A stretch of 64,000 nt of DNA. Source: Laetmonice hystrix. Taxonomy: Eukaryota. The notes under the pieces are model-generated. The model had not been told where the DNA came from, did no database searches, and saw only the letters and a program-made list of their open reading frames with translations. Location: the NCBI GenBank assembly GCA_965235115.1, contig OZ249436.1, positions 1,490,001 to 1,554,000 on the forward strand, in the 5' to 3' direction. The position numbers and the translations under genes were made by a program. Shown here piece by piece: positions 56,583 through 64,000 of this stretch (positions are counted from its first letter, which is position 1; each line of letters opens with the position of its first letter).

Positions 56583-59500
56583 CTGAAAAATAAATGAGTT
56601 AAAACCATAAGACCATACAACAAAGATTTTGTACAGAGGTGAAAACGAGTTTTATAATGCCCTTTACCAATCCCACCGAACTACCGGCAGCTCCTCCCTA
56701 GGAACCAATATTACTTTGAAATACTCTTAATTAACTAGTCAAGACTTCGTTTAAAACCCTGTTTAAAAGCACTGGGACTGACGTGAGAATACTTGCCGAT
56801 CAGTGGAAGGGAATCCGATTCTGGCATGGTTTCGGCGATCGCCAATTGCAGCACATAGAGCGACAGGAAGACAGTCAGCCCGATACCAACCTTGTTTCCA
56901 TCGTCACACGGGAGGAAATAACTGAACAAAGTCAGGAAGCAGAGCACCAGGACGGGAGCTAACACCGTGTACGAGTAGTAGAGTGGTTTACGTCGGAAGT
57001 GAAGACGTAACGTAATCTGTGGAAACGTCCCGGCAAACACCTCGTACGACATCGTCTCTCGCGAGAGCGAGATGTTGATAAGTTGGTATTCATTGTTCGG
57101 TATATACTCCGACATTTCCACGTTTTCGATCTTTTTAACGAGGTCCAGTTGTTCACCGTCGTAGATCCAGGACCCGAAGCGGATGAAACAGCGCTGGTTG
57201 TCGAACGGGAAGTAGGTGACATCGACGGCACAGGAACTTTTGATCATAAGTGGGATAACCCACTCGACACGGCCGTCGTAATGTACAGTGGCGCGGCTGT
57301 CGTTTACCAACACAAAGCCGTCATCACCGTCGTCCGCGCTGGAACATAGAATATACTTTTTCATTTGCAGAACCAGTAAGGAACATTTTCACCTTGTGTG
57401 TTATCATTTGTACATCAGTAGTAAGAACAATCGTCCTTTAGTTGCCTCCTTGTGCCCGGCGGTTCGCCCTTCACTTCCTGAAGCTATACTTTAACCCTTA
57501 TCTCCGCCGGTCAAATTGGTATTTTGATTTTTGTTTTATTCATTGATTGTACAATTTTACTCGAAATTAATATTCGTATTGATGAGATAGAAGAGGCGAG
57601 GAACTGACTTGTTGAAGATATACAGATCGGGCACCCAGAGAGCGAATGAAGGCATGATCATCTGTTGTAAGCCATCGTATTCGGCCGGGTTCCATTGTAG
57701 AATCTCATTGTGCCATTCCTGCAATGATCAACGCCTAATATTGGAAACTACACCTGACTGCCAAATGACCCATTGACGGTCTCTGACTGCTGAATGACCC
57801 ATTGACGGTCACTGTGACTGCTGACTGCCCCATTGACGGTCACTCTGACTGCTGACTGACCCATTGACGGTCTCTCTGACTGCTGACTGCCCCATTGACG
57901 GTCACTCTGACTGCTGACTGACCCATTGACGGTCACACTGACTGCTGACTGCCCCATTGACGGTCACTGTGACTGCCCCATTGACGGTCACACTGACTGC
58001 TGACTGCCCCATTGACGGTCACTCTGACTGCTGACTGCCCCATTGACGGTCACTCTGACTGCTGACTGCCCCATTGACGGTCACTCTGACTGCTGACCGC
58101 CCCATTGACGGTCACTGTGACTGCCCCATTGACGGTCACTCTGACTGCTGACCGCCCCATTGACGGTCACTGTGACTGCCCCATTGACGGTCACACTGAC
58201 TGCTGACTGCCCCATTGACGGTCACTCTGACTGCTGACCGCCCCATTGACGGTCACTGTGACTGCCCCATTGACGGCCACTCTGACTGCTGAAGAAGATA
58301 TATCTTCTATCAGATGGAGTAAAATGATCGTGTTAAAAGTCCCAAGTAATTAAACATAATATTTCCCTATGCCATAAGTATAATGCTACGATCCCTATAG
58401 ATTCCCTATGAATGACATCTACGGTACGGAGCCAGTCAGCAACTGTTCTAATGGTTGGATGGGTTGTTATATATTACGAGGGAAATGAGGGAATGTCGAA
58501 CAAATTAACATATTTTGGGTTCATGGATTTGCCACCAGGGGCCGCCACATCCATTCACTACGCAAGGTGCTGCCAGACGACAAAGAGCCGCCTGACCTTG
58601 GAAAGTTATTGCTCTAACAGCTCGGCACCCTGGCGAAGGGCAGTTATTGCTATATCTTTAATTTGGGCGGCCAAAAAACGCTATTTCCCGTCATTTGGAG
58701 ATCAAGATTCTGAAGGTATTCATGAGAAGCTTGCCAAGTGGGTTTTGATGATTTTCTAGATTTGATTCAAGTTTCTCTCTGTTTTTTTGATCCCTTGGAG
58801 TTGAACTTCGATCGTTGAGGTCTACAAGAACATTTCCTCAGTAACAACATTGATAACGGTCATATAATAATTGGTCTCGTTCTGAGAGGTGGTAAAGATG
58901 ATTACCTCAAATATCCAGGCGTGTGTTATCAGCGTTTGATTCTTCTCGTCCTGTGGAATCAAGCAAATATTCAGAGATAAAACATGTCTCCTCTCCTGTG
59001 GAATCAAGCAAATATTCAGAGATAAAACATGTCTCCTCTCCTGTGGAATCAAGCAAATATTCAGAGATAAAACATGTCTCCTCTCCTGTGGAATCAGGAA
59101 AATATTCAGAGATAAAACATGTCTCCTTTCCTGTGGAATCAAACAATAAATATTCAGAGATAAAACATGTCTCCTCTCCTGTGGAATCAAGCAAATATTC
59201 AGAGATAAAACATGTCTCCTCTCCTGTGGAATCAAGCAAATATTCAGAGATAAAAGATGTCTCCTCTCCTGTGGAATCAAGCAAATATTCAGAGATAAAA
59301 CATGTCTCCTCTCCTGTGGAATCAGGAAAATATTCAGAGATAAAACATGTCTCCTCTCCTGTGGAATCAAGCAAATATTCAGAGATAAAACATGTCTCCT
59401 CTCCTGTGGAATCAAGCAAATATTCAGAGATAAAAGATGTCTCCTCTCCTGTGGAATCAAGCAAATATTCAGAGATAAAACATGTCTCCTCTCCTGTGGA

Positions 59501-62500
59501 ATCAGGAAAATATTCAGAGATAAAACATGTCTCCTCTCCTGTGGAATCAAGCAAATATTCAGAGATAAAACATGTCTCCTCTCCTGTGGAATCAAGCAAA
59601 TATTCAGAGATAAAAGATGTCTCCTCTCCTGTGGAATCAAGCAAATATTCAGAGATAAAACATGTCTCCTCTCCTGTGGAATCAGGAAAATATTCAGAGA
59701 TAAATCAGGTCTCCTCTCGGTACCAGTAGAACACGTCATGTATTCAGTATGTGAAGGTCAGGGCGTTCATTCTTTTACTAGCCTAGTCATGTTCTAAGGA
59801 AATGAAACACATCGCTGAGGAGGTCCAGCCCCCCTCCCAACCCCCCAACACCCGGTGGGCCCTCCGGATTCTGGTAAATTTAAGGGGGGGCAGTCAGGCC
59901 CGTAGCCACGGGGAGTGGGGTGGGGAACAGTCCCCCCGCTCCCTATTCTGTCGCCAACCGGAGCCGTGAATCGTGCACACGGGCCAAAAAAAAATCCTTT
60001 TAATTACTTTGCGCCCAATTTCCCCTCAATCGGTTTTAAACATCATAGAGGAGGGACATGATTATTATTATTATTCCTGCAATCTCTGCTAAGATCAAGA
60101 AGGTCTTTACTCACCAGATCCATTATTTGATGGAGTGACAGAGAGAAATTGACCTTCAAGGTGGTACTAGCGTTAAGTACCGGTCTGGTTCCGGGGTCAT
60201 AGTTCATGGTCAGGTCATCGAACAGCATCCTCTCCACACTGAGTCGTTCCTGCATATTCCAGCCACCTGAATACCACAATAACGTATCATTATTAAACCT
60301 CAGGTCATCAAACAGCATCCTCTCCACACTGAGTCGTTCCTGCATATTCCAGCCACCTGAATACCACAATAACGTATCATTATTAAACCTCAGGTCATCA
60401 AACAGCATCCTCTCCACACTGAGTCGTTCCTGCATATTCCAGCCACCTGAATACCACAATAACGTATCATTATTAAACCTCAGGTCATCAAACAGCATCC
60501 TCTCCACACTGAGTCGTTCCTGCATATTCCAACCACCTGAATACCACAATAACGTATCATTATTAAACCTCAGGTCATCAAACAGCATCCTCTCCACACT
60601 GAGTCGTTCCTGCATATTCCAGCCACCTGAATACCACAATACCAGCCACCTGAATACCACAATACCAGCCACCTGAATACCACAATACCAGCCACCTGAA
60701 TACCACAATACCAGCCACCTGAATACCATAATACCAGCCACCTGAATACCACAATACCAGCCCCCTTAATACCACAATACCAGCCACCTGAATACCACAA
60801 TACCAGCCACCTGAATACCACAATACCAGCCCCCTTAATACCACAATACCAGCCCCCTTAATACCACAATACCAGCCACCTGAATACCACAATACCAGCC
60901 ACCTTAATACCACAATACCAGCCACCTTAATACCACAATACCAGCCACCTGAATACCACAATACCAGCCACCTTAATACCACAATACCAGCCTCCTTAAT
61001 ACCACAATACCAGCCACCTTAATACCACAATACCAGCCACCTTAATACCACAATACCAGCCACCTTAATACCACAATACCAGCCACCTGAATACCACAAT
61101 ACCAGCCACCTTAATACCACAATACCAGCCACCTGAATACCACAATAACGTATCATTATTAAATCTTTCCCAAGTACCGACCTAAAACTTCTCAGAATAA
61201 ATGGATGCACACTGATCAGAATATATGCAAACAGAAAACCAAATCGTCTGCTCAGATTTTCAGAATTATCCCATTCACAGGACAGAATATCTCCCTTTTA
61301 TTGTGCGTGTGGGAAAATTGAGCTATTTAAAAATTTTCCTCCAGAATTCATCAACTCAAAGTAAATTGTTATTTTAAATTAAATTATTTTAAATTAAATT
61401 TAAATTTTCATTGTTTACGTTATAAAATCATACCACTAAAAAAAGTCACAAAATCTGGACTACTCAATCTTTCGCACGATATCACAATGCATGGTCTCCA
61501 GTCAGCCGAAAGATTTTGGTTATGGGTCCGTACCATCTTTGTGGGCAGTGGCGGCAGGTTGGCACAAACACCAAATCAGGGGAGATAAGTACAGATCTAT
61601 ACCTGGTCCAAGTCTGCATGCATCCCCTGACATTGATGAAGGCCGGCCCTCGACATTTTAAATTCTATATAAGGTGCTGTGATCGATCTCAGGGGAGGCG
61701 TGAAGTTTGATTGGTTCCTATTGTAGCGTAGTACACTCTGGTTAGTTCCAGTAAATTATTTATTATACTGTAGACCGTTCTGGCGCGATATCACACTGAC
61801 TTACACTGGGAGTTTTTATAGTATTCAAGTCATCCTTGTGTATAATAGTCCACCCATATATGGCCCACTCCCAACACATTTAGGTATCCTTCATGACTTC
61901 AGGAACCCCACCACCGCAGTCCATCCACTGGGGTGTGTTCGTCACCCCGTTATACCATACCGCCACCCCGCCCCGCCCCCCCACCCCACCTTTACCCACC
62001 CCAATATTAGCCGCCTCTGTGGGGTGTGTTCGTCACCCCCGTTATACCGCCACCCCACTCCCCACCCCACCTTTACCCACCCCAATATTAGCAGCCTCTG
62101 TGGGGTGTGTTCGTCACCCCGTTATACCCCCATACCGCCACCCCACTCCCCACCCCACCTTTACCCACCCCAATATTAGCCGCCTCTGTGGGGTGTGTTC
62201 GTCACCCCGTTATACCCCCATACCGCCACCCCACTCCCCGCCCCACCTTTACCCACCCCACTCCCCACCCCACCTTTACCCACCCCAATATTAGCCGCCT
62301 CTGTGGGGTGTGTTCGTCACCCCGTTATACCCCCATACCGCCACCCCACTCCCCACCCCACCTTTACCCACCCCAATATTAGCCGCCTCTGTGGGGTGTG
62401 TTCGTCACCCCGTTATACCCCCATACCGCCACCCCACTCCCCACCCCACCTTTACCCACCCCAATATTAGCAGCCTCTGTGGATGAGGAGCATTGGTACA

Positions 62501-63162
62501 GTCATGAACACCATGCCACAGGAATCTGCAGGTTTTCTCTATAAACGCATCAACCCGTGGATGCTATTCTTAATCAATAATACTGCGCCATATTCACGCC
62601 AGGAGAGTATGATACACAACTAAAAGCCATGCTTTATTCAGAGATAATGTCAGCTGTTGTTTCACGGGACCGGACAACTCCACGGTCCATGTCATACCGA
62701 GTGGTCCACTTGTATTGTAACTCCACGGTCCATGTCATACCGAGTGGTCCACTTGTATTCTAACTCCGAGATGAATACCTCAAGACGGAACATTGCGGTA
62801 GTCTGCCGCAGTGACGCCTCACCTGACGCCACCATTGACGCCTCCACAGGCGCCTCCAGTGCGGTCTATGGCTGCGAGGGAAGACAGATATCTGACTATC
62901 TTATTATCATTTGTCAGCAGGACAAGCCAGCCAGGTCGGCCGATCATCCATATTCTCCACAGGGCCAACATTTCCACCATTGCATGAAGACAACCTCCTA
63001 CCTCAGGACAAATCCCATCGTCTGGTATTCATTGGATCAATAAAAACACATTGCATGCATTTACCCTCTTGTTGATGGTCGACATGAATATGAAAACATG
63101 GAGAATTACGTACCGCATGGGGGCAATGCAATCCATATCACAGCCGCCACCAGCCTCCACAT
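56014..63162 (-). CDS. Nicotinic acetylcholine receptor-like Cys-loop ligand-gated ion channel subunit, non-alpha type; 6 exons: 63114-63162, 60115-60266, 58906-58950, 57609-57718, 56797-57338, 56014-56582; 488 aa
   Basis: Exons sum to 1467 nt with matching phases. Features: signal peptide MWRLVAAVIWIALPPC, WVPDLYIFNNAD, Cys loop CAVDVTYFPFDNQRC, FGSWIYD, RRKPLYY before M1, M2-M3 ETMPESDSLPLIG, M4 EWYFVASTIDKTLFIIF. The 45-nt and 110-nt exons match the conserved nAChR exon pattern. Confidence 0.92.
56797..57338 (-). CDS. nAChR-like exon 5 (Cys loop, M1, M2)
   Basis: TGTTCCAG acceptor; ends PLI-G at the non-canonical donor GCAAGT. Confidence 0.9.
57609..57718 (-). CDS. nAChR-like exon 4 (110 nt)
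   Basis: TTGCAG|EWHNEILQWNPAEYDGLQQMIMPSFALWVPDLYIFN|GTCAGT. Confidence 0.92.
57755..58292. repeat. About 29/22-bp intronic minisatellite
   Basis: TGACTGCTGACTGCCCCATTGACGGTCACTC, ending about 35 nt before the nAChR exon-4 acceptor. Confidence 0.93.
58906..58950 (-). CDS. nAChR-like exon 3 (45 nt)
   Basis: TTCCACAG|DEKNQTLITHAWIFE|GTAATC. Confidence 0.9.
58949..59717. repeat. 45-bp minisatellite made of the nAChR exon-3 acceptor, 17 copies
   Basis: Minus-strand unit TGTTTTATCTCTGAATATTTGCTTGATTCCACAG|GAGAGGAGACA. Confidence 0.97.
60115..60266 (-). CDS. nAChR-like exon 2
   Basis: TATTCAG|GT GGC TGG.. ERMLFDDLTMNYDPGTRPVLNASTTLKVNFSLSLHQIMDL|GTGAGT. The 5' boundary is ambiguous because the acceptor is tandemly duplicated. 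Confidence 0.88.
60210..60640. repeat. 90-bp repeat spanning the nAChR intron-1/exon-2 junction, about 4.8 copies
   Basis: Minus-strand unit TTTAATAATGATACGTTATTGTGGTATTCAG|GTGGCTGGAATATGCAGGAACGACTCAGTGTGGAGAGGATGCTGTTTGATGACCTGAGG. Confidence 0.97.
60619..61147. repeat. 23-bp minisatellite spanning the same nAChR acceptor, about 23 copies
   Basis: Minus-strand unit TATTGTGGTATTMAG|GTGGCTGG. Confidence 0.96.
61929..62482. repeat. 88-bp C-rich repeat, about 6 copies
   Basis: TGGGGTGTGTTCGTCACCCCGTTATACCCCCATACCGCCACCCCACTCCCCACCCCACCTTTACCCACCCCAATATTAGCCGCCTCTG. Confidence 0.93.
63114..63162 (-). CDS. nAChR-like exon 1 (signal peptide)
   Basis: ATG TGG AGG CTG..TGC G|GTACGT. The phase-1 donor matches the phase-1 acceptor of exon 2, and there is an in-frame TAG upstream of the ATG. 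Confidence 0.7.
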
Positions 63163-63311
63163 GATCGTAAAGAAAACGTTCTCTTGGGACAGATCAACCT
63201 ACTCCTGTCGTCTAGCTTCTGGTGTTGACCTAGATGGCTTGACTCCGTGCGAGCATGCACCGACCGACTCAATGCATGTCAGCCTCTCCCTCAAGGACTG
63301 CCGAGGTTCTG

Positions 63312-63378
63312 GCAGCAGCAGCCGCAGCAGTACCAGCAGCAGCAGCAGCAGTAGCAGTAGCAGCAGCAGCAGCAGTAT

Positions 63379-63409
<31 letters not shown>

Positions 63410-63438
63410 TCCAGCAGCAGCAGCAGCAGCAGTAGCAG
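63312..63438. repeat. Interrupted (CAG/CTG)n microsatellite, about 42 triplets
   Basis: GCA runs interrupted by CCG, TAC, TAG, TAT and TTC triplets. Confidence 0.95.
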
Positions 63439-63758
63439 GCAGAGGACGAGCCGGTTTTACGCCGGCTCATGGCGCTGCGCCTGCTGTTGTTGCTGAGGCG
63501 GCTGAGGTGATGCTGCCCTCACCATCATTGTTACGACTATAGGCGCAACTTATTTCACTCTTCACCAGTAATTTCTGTAAGGCATCGCTGATACAGGCAT
63601 CTTTTTTGATTAAATACAGCCCATCCTGAATGTATTTTACTCAGATGCAAGTTGAACCTCAAAAATCTCGTCATTTTACCATTACCCCCTCCCCGACAGG
63701 ATAGGCTCGGAGGCCTACAGGGTTCATTGGCAGAAAGTCTTACAGTTATAGAAACAGA

Positions 63759-63997
63759 TCTAGGATAGGGCATGCACTGACCTCAGGCCCAGGTCTAGGA
63801 TAGGGCATGCACTGACCTCAGGCCCAGGTCTAGGATAGGGCATGGACTGACCTCAGGCCCAGGTCTAGGATAGGGCATACACTGACCTCAGGCCCAGGTC
63901 TAGGATAGGGCATACACTGACCTCAGGCCCAGGTCTAGGATAGGGCATGCACTGACCTCAGGCCCAGGTCTAGGATAGGGCATGCACTGACCTCAGG
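63759..63997. repeat. 35-bp minisatellite, about 7 copies
   Basis: TCTAGGATAGGGCATGCACTGACCTCAGGCCCAGG. Confidence 0.95.
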
Positions 63998-64000
63998 ACG

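Noticed and set aside
58907..60676. Alternative-frame and antisense ORFs across the 45-bp and 90-bp arrays
   Set aside because: Repeat artefacts; only the frame continuous with the nAChR exons is meaningful.
63098..63542. Plus-strand poly-Ser and poly-Ala ORFs
   Set aside because: Products of the CAG tract; the first overlaps the better-supported minus-strand nAChR exon 1.

Overview
This is eukaryotic (bilaterian invertebrate, probably lophotrochozoan; inference) genomic DNA with spliceosomal introns. Nearly 40% of the window is minisatellite array. Supported genes: a 7-exon renalase on the minus strand (348 aa, 8543-13370); a single-coding-exon acyl-CoA oxidase-like gene lying head-to-head with it (18126-20114, mitochondrial-type N-terminus, no PTS1); two tandem TPR-like/zf-MYND paralogues (21775-22956 and 25311-26483); and a 6-exon non-alpha nicotinic acetylcholine receptor-like Cys-loop channel subunit on the minus strand (488 aa, 56014-63162) with a GC-AG intron and a G-N-K selectivity ring. 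There is also a 5'-truncated LINE, several small non-autonomous DNA transposons identifiable by TIR and TSD, and CTCF-like motifs. The most striking pattern is that several minisatellites are amplified copies of real exon-intron junctions: the renalase exon-6 donor, the nAChR exon-2 and exon-3 acceptors, and probably a donor at 5709. In the receptor the 90-bp and 45-bp units are in frame and stop-free, so acceptor choice could add modular peptide repeats. All gene models were assembled by eye; no searches were run.
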